From positions 11,363,370 through 11,427,369 of the forward strand of contig NC_057720.1 of the NCBI RefSeq assembly GCF_004010195.1: a stretch of DNA of 64,000 bases, in the 5' to 3' direction. The translations under genes were made by a program, and so were the position numbers. The notes under the pieces were generated by a model. That model was not told the DNA's origin, did no database searches, and worked only from the letters and a program-made list of their open reading frames with translations. Source of the stretch: Chiloscyllium plagiosum (taxonomy: Eukaryota). This document shows, piece by piece, positions 1 to 11,931 of this stretch (position 1 is the stretch's first letter; each line of letters begins with the position of its first letter).

Positions 1-772
1 GCTCCATCCTCCAGCCACTGACCGTCCCCACTCCGCCAAGTCCTCCAGCCACTGACCATCCCCCACATGCTCCATCCTCCAGCCACTGACCGTCCCCACT
101 CTGCTCCATCCTCCAGCCACTGATCATCCCCACACCACTCCATCCTCCAGCCACTGACCCTCCCCACTCTGCTCCGTCCTCCAGCCACTGACCGTCCCCA
201 CTCTGCTCCATCCTCCAGCCACTGACCGTCCCCACTCCGCCAAGTCCTCCAGCCACTGACCATCCCCACTACGCTCCATCCTCCAGCCACTGACCGTCCC
301 CACTCTGCTCCGTCCTCCAGCCACTGACAGTCCCCATTCTGCTCCGTCCTCTAGCCACTGACCATCCCCAATCTGCTTCATCCTCCAGCCACTGACCGTC
401 CGCACTCTGCTCCGTCCTCCAGCCACTGACCGTCCCCATTCTGCTCCGTCCTCTAGCCACTGACCATCCCCACTCCGCTCCATCCTCCAGCCACTGACCG
501 TCCCCACTCTGCTCCGTCCTCCAGCCACTGACCGTCCCCACTCTGCTCTGTCCTCCAGCCACTGACCATCCCCACTCTGCTCCATCCTCTAGCCTACTGA
601 CTGTCCCCACTCTGCTCCATCCTCCAGCCACTGACCGTCCCCACTCTGCTCCATCCTCTAGCTACTGACCGTCCCCACTCCCCTCCGTCCTCTAGCCCAC
701 TGACCGTCCCCACTCTGCTCCGTCCTCTAGCCCACTGACTGTCCCCACTCCGCTCCGTCCTCTAACCCACTG
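1..772. repeat. 34-bp minisatellite, about 22 units, runs off the window start
   Basis: Unit GCTCCATCCTCCAGCCACTGACCGTCCCCACTCT in tandem; explains the 34-aa periodicity of ORFs 124..585 and 269..631. Confidence 0.97.
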
Positions 773-1001
773 CTATAGTTCGGCCCAAACGTTCGGTAAA
801 ATTCACTCAATCCCAGGAATCATAGTGCTGCTTTTTTCATTAACAGTGTGGGACATTGTCCAATTTCTATTTTGCATTCCTTGGGGAAAGTTATCTGTGT
901 TTAGTAATATGGCCCAGGAAGGTGACTTGGGCTTTGACAAATTCACTTTTAGTGAGGTTTACCAGCAAGCCTGCCTTCCAAAATCGATCGAACAAGAGCG
1001 A
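773..1001 (-). mobile_element. Duplicated Gypsy/Gmr1 RT C-terminal fragment
   Basis: Roughly 90% identical by eye to 4232-4462; encodes KAGLLVNLTKSEFVKAQVTFLGH. Confidence 0.9.
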
Positions 1002-4000
1002 ATCTACTACCGTTGCAGGCAAAGCATTCCATACACTTACTACTCTCTGAATAAAGAAACTACCTCTGACATCTGTCCTATATCTATCACCCCTCAATTT
1101 AAAGCTATGCCCCCTCATGCTTGCCGTCACCATACTTGGAAAAAGGCTCTCCCTGTCCACCCTATCTAACCCACTGATTATCTTATATGTCTCTATTAAG
1201 TCACCTCTCAACCTTCTTCTCTCCAACGAAAACAGCCTCAAGTCCCTCAGCCTTTCCTCGTAAGACCTTCCCTCCATACCAGGCAACATCCTAGTAAATC
1301 TCCTCTGTACCCTTTCCAAAGCTTCCACATCCTTCTTAAAATGCGGTGACCAGAACTGTACACAATCTTCCAAGTGCGGCCACACCAGAGTTTTGTACAG
1401 CTGTAGCATAAATTCATGGTTCCAGAACTCGATTGCTCTATTAATAAAAGCTAAAACACTGTATGCCTTCTTAACGACCCTGTCAACCTGGGTGGCAACT
1501 TTCAAGGATCTGTGTATCTGGACACCGAGATATCTCTGCTCACCTACATTACCAAGAATCTTACCATTAGCCCAGTACTTTGCATTCCGGTTACTCCGAC
1601 CAAAGTGAATCACCTCACACTTGTCCGCATCAAACTCCATTTGCCACCTCTCAGCCCAACTCTGCAGCTTATCTATGTCTCTCTGTAACCTACAACATCC
1701 TTCGTCACTATCCACAACTCCACCAACCTTAGTGTCATCTGCAAATTTACTAACCCACCCTTCTATGCCCTCATCCAGATGGTTTATAAAAATGATGAAC
1801 AGAAGTGGACCCAACACTGACTCTTGCGGTACACCACTGGTAACTGGACTCCAGGATGAACATTTCCCATCAACCACCACCCTCTGTCTTCTTTCAGCAA
1901 GCCAATTACTGATCCAAACTGCTACATCTCCCACAATCCCATTCCTCTGCATTTTGTACAATAGCCTATTGTATGGAACCTTATCGAATGCCTTGCTGAA
2001 ATCCAAATACACCACATCAACCGGTTTACTCTCATCTACCTGTTTGGTCACCTTCTCAAAGAACTCAATAAGGTTTGTGAGGCACGACCCACCATTCACA
2101 AAACCATGCTGACTAACCCTAATCAAATTATTCTTTTCTCGATGATTATAAATACTATCTCTTATAACCTTTTCCATCACTTTACCAACAATTCAAGTAA
2201 GGCTCACTGGTCTATAATTACCAGGATTGTCTCTACTCCCCTTCTTGAACAGGGGAACCACATTCGCTATCCTTCAGTCTTCTGGCACTATTCCTGTAGA
2301 CAATGACGATTTAAAGATCAATGTCAAAGGCTCGGCAATCCCCTCCCTGGGGCTTCCCAGAGGATCCTAGGACAAATCCCATCCTGCCCAGGGGACTTAT
2401 CTATTTTCACACTCTGCAGGTTTCTAATACCTCCTCCTTGTGAACCTCAATCCCACCCCCAGTCTAGTAGCCTGTATCTCAGTATTCTCCTTGACAACAT
2501 TGTCATTTTCTAGAGTGAATACTGTCGAAACATATTCATTTAGTGCTTCCCCTATCTCCTCTGACTCCACACACAACTTCCCACTACTATCCTTGATTGG
2601 CCCTAATCTTACTCTCATCATTCTTTTACTCCTTAAATACCTATAGAAAGCCTTAGGGTTTACCCTGATCCTATCCGCCAACAACTTCTCATGTCTCCTC
2701 CTGGCTCTTCTGAGTTCTCTCTTTAGGTCTTTCCTGGCTACCTTGTAAGCCTTAAACGCCCTAACTGAGCCTTCAGATCTCATCCTAACATAAGCCTTCT
2801 TCGTCCTCTTGACCAGAGATTCCACTTCCTTCGTAAACCATGGCTCCTGCGATCTACAGCTTCCTCCCTGCCTGACAGGTACATACTTATCTAGGACACG
2901 CAGGAGCTTTTCCTTGAATAAGCTCCACATTTCTAATGTGCCCATCCCCTGCAGTTTCCTTCCCCATCCTGTGCTTCCTAAATCTTGCCTAATTGCACCG
3001 TAATTGGCTTTCCCCCAGCTGTCACTCTCGCTCAGTGGTATACACCTATCCCTTTCTATCACTAAAGTAAACATAACAGAATTGTGATCGCTATCACCAA
3101 AGTGCTCACCTACTTCCAAATCTAACACCTGGCCGGGCTCATTACCCAGTACCAAATCTAATGTGGCTTCGCCCCTTGTTGGCCTGTCTACATACTGTGT
3201 CAGGAAGCCCTCCTGCACACACTGGACAAAAACTGACCTATCTATAGCACTCGTACTATAATGTTCCCAGTCAATATTTGGAAAGTTGACGTCCCCCATG
3301 ACAACTACCCTGTCTCTCTCACTCCTATCGAGAATCATCTTTGCTATCCTTTCCTCTACATTTCTGGAACTATTCGGAGGCCTATAGAAAACTCCCAACA
3401 GGGTGACCTCTCCTTTCCTGTCTCTAACCTCAGCCCATACTACCTCAGTTGGCGAGTCCCCAAACATCCTTTCTGCAACTGTAATACTGTCCTTGACCAA
3501 CAATGCCACACACACCCCTCTTTTACCAACTTCTCTGTTCTTACTGAAACATCTAAATCGTGGAACCTGCAACAACCATTCCTGTCCCTGCTCTATCCAT
3601 GTCTCCGAAATGGATGCCACAACATCAAAGCCCCAGGTACCAACCCATGCTGCATGTTCACCCACCTTATTCCAGATGCTCCTGGCGTTGAAGTAGACAC
3701 ACTTCAAACCAACTCCTTGCTTGCCGGTGCCATCTTGCGTCCCTGAAACTTGATTTTGGACCTCCCTACTCTCAACCGTTTCTATACTCGAACTACAATT
3801 TTGGTTCCCATCCCCCTGCTGGATTAGTTTAAACCCACCCCAATAGCCTTAGCGAATTCCCCCACCAGGATATTGGTACCCCTCTGGTTCAGATGAAGAC
3901 CATCCTGCTTGTAGAGGTCCCACCTACCCCAGAAAGAGCTCCAATTATCCAAGAATCCAAAACCCTCCCTCCTGCACCGTCCCTGGAGCCACGTGTTCAA

Positions 4001-4142
4001 CTCCTCTCTCTCCCTATTCCTCGCCTCACTAGCATGTGGCACGGGCAACAAACCAGAGACAACAACTCTGTTCGTCCTAGCTCTAAGCTTCCATCCTAGC
4101 TCCCTGAATATCTGCCTTAAATCCCCATCTCTCTTCCTACTT
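1002..4142 (-). mobile_element. CR1 (HER1-like) LINE, truncated at both ends: ORF1 esterase end, APE endonuclease, RT
   Basis: ORF1 DGLHLN (3824..4140); APE motifs FNARS, ISETW, VMGDVNFP, SDHN (2424..3707); RT motifs QHGF, YLDFSKAFDKV, GVPQ.SVLGP, KFADDTK (within 891..2180). Confidence 0.95.
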
Positions 4143-4231
4143 CTGCTCCGTCCTCTAGCCACTGACCGTCCCCACTCCGCTCCATCCTCTAGCCACTGAC
4201 CGTCCCCACTCCGCTCCGTCCTCTAGCTTAC
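4143..4231. repeat. Second short array (about 2.5 units) of the 34-bp minisatellite
   Basis: CTGCTCCGTCCTCTAGCCACTGACCGTCCCCACTCC repeats. Confidence 0.95.
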
Positions 4232-4620
4232 TGCTATAGTTCAGCCCAAACTTTTGGTAAAATCCACTCAATCTCAGGAATCATAGTGCCGCTTTTTTCA
4301 TTAACGGTGTGGGACATTGTCCAATTTCTATTTTGCATTCCTTGGGCCAAATTGTCCGTATTCAGTAATATGGCCCAGGAAGGTGACTTAGGCTTTGACA
4401 AATTCACTTTTAGTGAGGTTTACTAGCAAGCCTGCCTTCCGAAATCGATCGAACAAGAGCGATAAATACTGTAAATGTTCCTTCCATGAGTGACTAAAAA
4501 TCACCAGGTCATCAATGTACACCACACAGTTGGGTAATCCAGCAATGGCCTTATTAGTCAGTCTCTGAAATGTGGCTGCATTTTTTTTCATACCAAATGG
4601 CATAACTTTGAACTGATATA

Positions 4621-4886
4621 TGAGAAAGTGAGGACTGCAGATGCTGGAGATCAGAGCTGAAAATGTGTTGCTGGAAAAGCGCAGCAGGTCAGGCAGCATC
4701 CAAGCATCCAAGGACCTATCGCATTTCCAACGCCCCTCCCCCCAAGTCCCTCCTCCCTACCTTTTATCTTAGCCTGCTTGGCGCACTTTCCTCATTCCTG
4801 AAGAAGGGCTCATGCCCGAAACGTCGATTCTCCTTCTCCTTGGATGCTGCCTGACCTGCTGCACTTTTCCAGCAACACATTTTCAG
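4621..4886 (+). mobile_element. Penelope-derived mini-element with inverted termini and a hammerhead core, inserted in the Gmr1 RT
   Basis: 5' part is the reverse complement of the 3' tail; TSD CTTTGA(A/G)CTGATATA at 4606-4620 and 4887-4901. Confidence 0.85.
4794..4829 (+). ncRNA. Minimal hammerhead ribozyme-like core
   Basis: CUGAAGA-A-GGGC-UCAU-GCCC-GAAA-CG-UC; palindromic ACGU helix III, GUC triplet; helix I weak. Confidence 0.65.
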
Positions 4887-6161
4887 CTTTGAGCTGATAT
4901 AGTCCATTTGGTGTTATGAAAACCAAAATCATCTTTGCTCTCTCTGACTGAGCAACTCCAACTTAGAAATGTAAGTTGCTTGTCCCAGTTTTTCAACACA
5001 GTCCTCCAACCAGGGAATTCGATATGCATCAGTCTTTGTAACGGCGATGACTTTGCAATAGTCCACACATAGCCATTGGGTACCATTTGGCTTTGGCACC
5101 ATGACAATGGGTGAGCTCCAGTCACTGTAACTCACTTCAATTATGCCATCTTGGAGCATGCGTTCTATCTCCTTCTGAACCTGTGCCAACTTTAGAGGGT
5201 TATGCCTATAAGGATGTTGCTTAATCGGAACAGCATCTCCTATATCTACTTCATGCACAATTAGGTTAGTACTTCCCAGTTTATTTTGCATATCTCTCCA
5301 TGTGATTGTAATAACGTTTTCAGGTCATTTCGATTTTCTTGTGGATAGTAACTCAATAATTTATCCCAATTTTTGACAACTTCCTCATTGTCCAATTTGA
5401 TTTGAGGAATGTCCAATTCAGAATCCTCTGAACTTTATTCTTCCTTCTGGATTGTAGTCATTAACACCTCCTCCTCTTGCTTTCCTTCCCTATCAAAATA
5501 CCTGTTGAGCATATTCACATGACACACTCTGTGAGATTTATTCCTGTCTAGAGTCCTTATGAAGTAGTGCACCTCCCTCAACTTCTTCTAAATGGTCCAC
5601 TAAAGGCTTTTAAAGGCTCACCTATTACTGGAAGGAACACCAATACCTTATCCCCAATTGCAAAATTGCGATTTTGTGATTTCTTATCCGCTTCCTGTTT
5701 CATTGTATGCTGTGATACTTTTAAATGCTGTCTGGCCAACTCTCCAGCTCTATTCAATCATCTCTAATATTTAACACATCGTCCAAATGGATGGTCTCTG
5801 AATTCTGACTTAATAGTGTCTCCTTAATCAATTTTTTATGTAATATATTTTTATTAAGAAAAAATAGATTTTTAAATATTATGACAAATACAAAACAATG
5901 CAATTCAAAACAGTACAAAAATAGTACAAAACTAAACCCAAATAATAAAAAAATTCCCCATCCACCCTCCTGTACGAATGTATAAACATATATAGAGAAA
6001 TATAAAATTAAAAATACCCTAAACTAGCTATTTAACTAAATAAATAAATACCTAACAACAAACAAATAAATAGTAATAACTCAGCCCAGCCAAACAAAAC
6101 ACTCATACATTCACAGTTCCTCCTCCCTGGATATTGGACTCATGAAACACAATCGTTACGG

Positions 6162-7165
6162 CTATATAAAGGCCCTTGTTAGTTTGACAGATAAATCTGT
6201 GTCCAGGTATTTCAAAAAGGGTTGCCATGTCTTGTAAAAATTCTCAGTTTTGTGGTGTACCATCTTTGTGAGAAAATCCAGGGGAATATGCTCCATAACA
6301 ATCTTCCGCCAACCTGACAGGCCTGGGGGGGTTTCTGATATCCAACCTAGCAAGATATTCTTCCTTGCACAGAACGTAAGGATATTGAAAAGTTTTTTCT
6401 TACGCACGTCTGTAGGAAATACAATGGGTAGGCCCAAAAGGAGAGAAATAGGGTCCTTCTCCACCCCTACACCTAAAATCCTCCCCATTGCACCCACCAC
6501 AGCGCTCCAATATGTTTGAAGCCTGTCACAAGACCAAAGACAATGGGTAAGAGTGCCCATACAGACCTTGCATTTGGGACATGCTGAAGATATCCCTGGT
6601 TTAAATTTTGACAAACGGTCTGGGGCCAAGTGGACCCTCTGGAGAATCTTCAACTGTAAAGCATGGGTCCTATTGTAAATTGATATCTTCCTTGCATTCT
6701 CCCAAATATCCTCCCATGCCTCTGAGGAAACTTCAACATCCAGCTCTCTTTCCCACATCTTGCAGAGTTGATCAGACTCATCAGAGGTGGCACTCCCCAA
6801 TTTGTGATATAAAGTACTGACAGAGAGTGCACTCTTAGCCCTTAGTACCCCTCTTTCTATGTCAGATTTGTAGGGATCAGTCAAAAGTGTGGTCTTAGTT
6901 TGAATAAAATCCCTAACTTGAAAAAAACGAAAGAGGTCTCTATTAGGTAACTCGTACTTCCGTACTAACTGATCATTACATCTCCCTCAAATAAATCACC
7001 CCTGCAAGATATACCCTTAGCTGCCCAATGTTTAAATCCTGAATCTACCATACCTAGTTGAAAACATGGCATACCCACTAAAGGTGTAAACAAAGATGTT
7101 TTGTCAATATTACCTTCCCTCTGCCGAATTGCCCTTCATGCTTTAACAGTATTGATGACTATTGG
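6162..7165 (-). pseudogene. L1 ORF2 C-terminal region (zinc-knuckle domain)
   Basis: KMWEREL, WEDIW, QLKILQRVHLAP, CPKC...TLTHCLWSC, FYKTWQPF. Confidence 0.88.
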
Positions 7166-7170
7166 GTTAT

Positions 7171-7840
7171 AAGGTAAAAACAATGACTGCAGATGCTGGA
7201 AACCAGATTCTGGATTAGTGGTGCTGGAAAAGCACAGCAGTTCAGGCAGCATCCGAGGAGCAGGAAAATCGATGTTTCGGGCAAAAGCCCTTCATCAGGA
7301 ATACAGCCAGAGTGCCTGAAGGGTAGAGANNNNNNNNNNNNNNNNNNNNNNNNNNNNNNNNNNNNNNNNNNNNNNNNNNNNNNNNNNNNNNNNNNNNNNN
7401 NNNNNNNNNNNNNNNNNNNNNNNNNNNNNNNNNNNNNNNNNNNNNNNNNNNNNNNNNNNNNNNNNNNNNNNNNNNNNNNNNNNNNNNNNNNNNNNNNNNN
7501 NNNNNNNNNNNNNNNNNNNNNNNNNNNNNNNNNNNNNNNNNNNNNNNNNNNNNNGGACAAGTCATGGGGGCAGTGCTGAGCTGGAAGTTTGGAACCGGGG
7601 TGAGGTGGGGGAAGGGGAAATGAGGGAACTGTTGAAGTCCACATTGATGCCCTGGGGTTGAAGTGTTCCGAGGCGGAAGATGAGGCGTTCTTCCTCCAGG
7701 CGTCGGGTGGTGAGGGAGTGGCGGTGAAGGAGGCCCAGGACCTCCATGTCCTCGGCAGAGTGGGAGGGGGAGCTGAAATGTTGGGCCACGGGGCGGTGTG
7801 GTTGATTGGTGCGGGTGTCCCAGAGATGTTCCCAGAGATG
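7171..7840 (-). mobile_element. Penelope-like element 3' fragment (GIY-YIG C-terminus plus terminal repeat with hammerhead core); spans gap 7330-7554
   Basis: AQHFSSPSHS...RRLEEERLIFRLGTLQPQGINVDF resembles the PLE endonuclease C-terminus; tail contains CTGATGAAGGGCTTTTGCCCGAAAC at 7268-7301. Confidence 0.8.
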
Positions 7841-8433
7841 TTACATTTAAATTCCAGAGAGGAGGAACCCGAACCACAAATTGCTCAGCCTTAGTGTTGC
7901 ATGGTCCACCAAATATAAAAGCTACATAAACTAAAACCACTACATTTAACAAACATACAAAGTTATTAAAAATAAAAAACAACAAAAATCAGAAAACAAA
8001 CTAACATATAAACGCCTACAGTGCTGAGTAGGGGAACTCACCCCCTACCCAGAGGGGGCAAATACCCATCCCGAACTGCCCATAAATAGGCATCTAACCA
8101 TCTCAGCCACTTTCACTTCTCCCAGCTACAGCCGCATCGCAAGCACAAGCTAAAAAGAATAAACACTCCATAGAATATCAATATGAATAAAAAAACATTC
8201 TTTTATAAAAAAAAAAGGGGAATAAATACCCCACCCATCCTTTGGTATGTCCTAACTTAGAAATTTAAAATGTACATCTTAACCACTGCCAGACATGGTT
8301 TGAACCAAATTATTATCAATAGAGGAAAAAAAGGGGGAAAAACAAAGCTCCAACTGGATTTCCTCCATTTCTTTTACAGAATGATACATGCATACCCAAG
8401 CAATAATATTTATACACCCTACAATTGTTTAAA

Positions 8434-9285
8434 TTAGGTTAGTTTGTCCACAAAGTCTCTTGCCTTCTCCGATGTGTCAAAGAGATGCATGGATCCATCT
8501 AAGTTGATCCGAAGCACTGCCGGATATCTCAGGGAGTACTGAATCCCAAGCTCCTTCAGTCTTCTTTGATACCATCATACGATTTTCGTTTCTGGATCAC
8601 CGCTGCTGAAAAGTCCTGAAAAAACATGATCTTAGACCCCTTGTAAATTAGGGCCTTTGGATCCTTCCCCTGGAGTCTGGAAGCCTCCATGACTCTCTCC
8701 TTATCCCGGTAATGATGGAACCGCACCAGGAAAGGATGAGGGCATTGACCTAGACCCGACTTCCGCGCTGCAGCCCAGTGAGCCCTCTCTATCTTCAATC
8801 CTCTCATGCCAGTCTCCAAGTCAAGGAATTTCGGAAGCCAATCTTCAACAAATTCCGCAGGCTGCTCACCTTCTTTACCCTCAGGCAGACCGATGATCCG
8901 AATGATTTTTCTACTGCCCCTGTTTTCAAGATCATCCACTTGGTCGCGCAAATTACGAACCTGCGTCTTCAGGGCTTGGATCTCATCCTTGAATGAACTG
9001 GCATCAGCTTCCACCACTGTGACCCTGTGCTCTACCTCATCCGTCCTCTTCTCCAGGTCTCCCAGCTGTTACTCATGTTTCTGCAGCATGAGAGAGACTG
9101 GAGCCAGCTTCTCTTCAATCTGTTTCCCCAGCATCTCATGAGATTTCGAGAGGTGGTTCACCAGGTCCTGGAGAGTAATCGGCCCCGAGGCTGCTGCAGG
9201 CTGCCTGGAGAGTAATCGGCCCCGAGGCTGCTGCAGGCTGAGCTGCAGACCCGGCCTCGGATGCTCCTCCTCCCTTTTTAGGCAT
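8434..9285 (-). pseudogene. L1 ORF1p (coiled coil, RRM, CTD), frameshifted
   Basis: MPKKGGG start at 9285; DDLENRGSRKIIRIIGLPEG, IERAH, IMFFQDFS; 37-bp duplication at 9167-9240 and a second frameshift near 8556. Confidence 0.9.
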
Positions 9286-11497
9286 TTCTGGACAGCTGAA
9301 AATACAGGTAAGTCAATTTTTAAATGTTTCTTGGGGCTCCACAATCTTTCCAATGCCCCAATAAATCCTGATGACCTGGGTTGGGTGGGTTAAAGGACTG
9401 TCCTGCTCCTGCTGCCCCTCCGTCCTCCTCCCCCTCCTTGATCAATTTTAACTGTCCTCTTACTTCATGCCCCAAAATTAATTCAAATGGACTGAATTTG
9501 CTCAAGTGCATCTCTGATCGCAAAAAGTACAAACAGAATTCTCTAATCCCAATCATCTGGATAATCCTGACCATAAGCCGGCAATATGATCTTTAGTATT
9601 TGATGCCATCTCTCTAGCGCTCCCTGTGATTCTGGATAGTACACAGTACATTTGAATTGCTTTATTCCCAAAGTTATCCATAACCTCCTTGAATTGTTTG
9701 GATGTGAAGGTTGATCCCTGATCTGACTGGATCGCTATTGGCAGTCTGTATCTAGTAAAGAAATTAAGTAATTCTTCTACAACCCTTTTAGCTGTGATGT
9801 TATGTAATGGGATTGCCTCTGGAAATCTAGTCGACACATCCATTATTGTTAATAAATACTTGTTTTTACATTTTTTATATGAGTTAGGGGACCTATGCAA
9901 TCAATCAAGACTCTTATGAAAGGTTCCTCAAATGCTGGAATAGGTATTAAAGGTGCAGGTTTTATTACTGCCTGTGGTTTTCTGATTAAATGACATGGAT
10001 GACATGTCTGGCAAAATTCAACTACATCTTTGTCCATGCCAGTAAAAATGTCTTTATATTTTAGCCTGTGTTTTCCTCACCCCTAAATGACCTCCAAGCG
10101 GTAGCTCACATGCTACTTGCAGCACCTCCTTTCTATACCCTACTAGCAAAACAATTTGATGAATTTCTGCCCATTTCTCATCTGCTTGAATGTGTGATGG
10201 TCTCCATTTCCTCAGTAAGACATCATTTGTTAAGTAATAACACACAGGAATGCATTCACTTTCCTTCTCTGCAAATGCCCTTTGATATACCTGTTTAATT
10301 CCTCATTTTTCTGCGGTAATTCAATCAGCTTAGCAGAGCTAAATATACTTGCATGTTTACCTCTTTGCTCCTTCTCTGTTCCACCTACCTGATTGAAAAA
10401 GGTCTCGGATAACTCTACATCAGCTTCCTTATTTGTGCCTTTTGATCTCTCCTGCTTCAGCTTGTGCCTCTGTGATCTTGTGATCACACAATCAGGGAAA
10501 ATTCCTGGATAAACATTCTCCATGTCTACAGTTGCCTTCGTCTTCAATGGCTTTTCAACTAGAGTAGGCAGCACACCTACTGGTGAATCAGCTATATCAT
10601 TTACAAGGACAAGTTGAATTCCTGGAGATGAGAGTTTGTCAAGTACTCCTATGAAAAATTCTCCACTCTTTCTCTGGACTCTCTAGCTTCACTTTACATA
10701 ATTGAACATTTTTTGTCTCATCATGAATTCCTGTTACCAGTATCTTCTCTGGCAATAGTTCCTCAGGAGTGCATATCTCCTCAACCTTTAGCATTACAGA
10801 CTGAGCGGATCCTGTGTCCCTCAATATTGTAACCTCCCTCCCTGCTACTCCTGGCCTATGTGACTAAACTTTACCCTTGCATGTATATTTTTGAAACAAC
10901 TCTGGCACTTCCTCCTTAACCAACCTCTGATCATCTTGTACCCTCTGAGGCAGTTGTCTAACTTCCCTTGTGCTTTTCGTTACGAGTCCAACAAAATTTC
11001 CTGGTTTTCCTACCTCTGGCTTTCTCTAGCCCACTAACACTGGCTTTGTGTGGCCCACTGCATTACAATGAAAACATCAGAGCTTTTTAACTTCTTTGTT
11101 CCCCCTCAAGAGTTTCTTTTCTACCCTGTGGTACGTTATCCTTATGATCTTCACTGAGATCTACCTTTCTCTTTCCACGTGAGGATTTCTCGTTGCCCCA
11201 GTTTCTATCCCTTATGGCCTGAAATTGAATCTGGAAGCCGAAACGTGTTTTATGGACCAGCTCATAATCATCAGCCACTTCAGCTGCTAACCTTGCTGTT
11301 TTAACTCTCTGGTCTTCACATAAGTTCACAATATTTCAGGCAGTGAATTTTCGATTTCCTGCAAAATAATAACCTCTCTAAGGGCATCATCGATTGGCTT
11401 GATTTTTAAGCTCTTATCCATCTATTAAAGTTACTCTGTTTTATCCTTTCCAACTCAATATAGGTTTGACCACAATCTATAGGCTTCTGGTAAAGCT

Positions 11498-11877
11498 CAC
11501 ATGCACTTCTTTGAAAGATGCCTTTTAAATGCTGTAATTGTACCAGCCTCCACCACTTCCTCCGGCAGCTCATTCCATATACACACTACCCTCTGTGTGA
11601 AAAAGTTGCCCCTCAGGTCCCTTTTATATTTTACCCCTCTCACCCTAAACCTATACCCTCTAGTTCTGGACACCCCCACGCCAGGGAAAAGACCTTGTCT
11701 ACTTATCCTATCCATGCATCTCATGATTTTATAAACCTCTATAAGGTCACCCCCTCAGCCTCTGACACTCCAGGGAAAACAGCCCCAGCCTGTTCAGCCT
11801 CTCCCCATAGCTCAAACCTTCTAACTCTGGCAACACATTGTAAATCCTTTCTGAACCCTTTCAAGTTTCACAACATG
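11498..11877 (-). mobile_element. CR1 3' fragment
   Basis: RTRGYRFRVRG...NFFTQRVVCIWNELPEEVVEAGTITAFKRHL. Confidence 0.9.
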
Positions 11878-11931
11878 CTATGTTGTATATATTTACATTT
11901 ATCAACATTTTCACCACAACTTCTGGAGCAG

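Larger units (their letters stand above)
5836..9433 (-). mobile_element. L1 LINE with both termini present but EN/RT of ORF2 missing
   Basis: TSD CTCCTT(A/G)ATCAATTTT at 5820-5835 and 9434-9449 with a TT/AAAA nick site on the minus strand; GGGGAGGAGG 5' end; AATAAA plus short A tail; ORF1 and ORF2 C-terminus present. Confidence 0.92.
4232..11495 (-). mobile_element. Decayed Gmr1-like Ty3/Gypsy LTR retrotransposon, internal region (gag-PR-IN-RT), with nested insertions
   Basis: Minus-strand order: SCAN-like gag (KTARLAAEVADDYELVHK), CFHCNAVGH knuckle near 11050, protease RDTG (10639..10824), IN zinc region GGHLGVRKT and CQTCHPC, IN core IDCIGPL and SDQGSTF, then RT IKQHPYR, WSSPIV, LCVDY, MPFG, YIDD (4388-5291). 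Many frameshifts; LTRs not seen. Confidence 0.9.

Noticed and set aside
124..631. Repetitive Trp/Gly-rich ORFs
   Set aside because: Translation of the 34-bp minisatellite; all frames cycle through the same peptide
1393..2112. Plus-strand ORFs over CR1 RT (also 16306..16986 and 3261..3746)
   Set aside because: Antisense shadows of CR1 ORF2 that recur in each copy
891..2180. Functional 429-aa reverse transcriptase gene
   Set aside because: Piece of a disrupted CR1 ORF2 fused to a Gypsy fragment; PQG motif mutated to PQE and upstream frame broken
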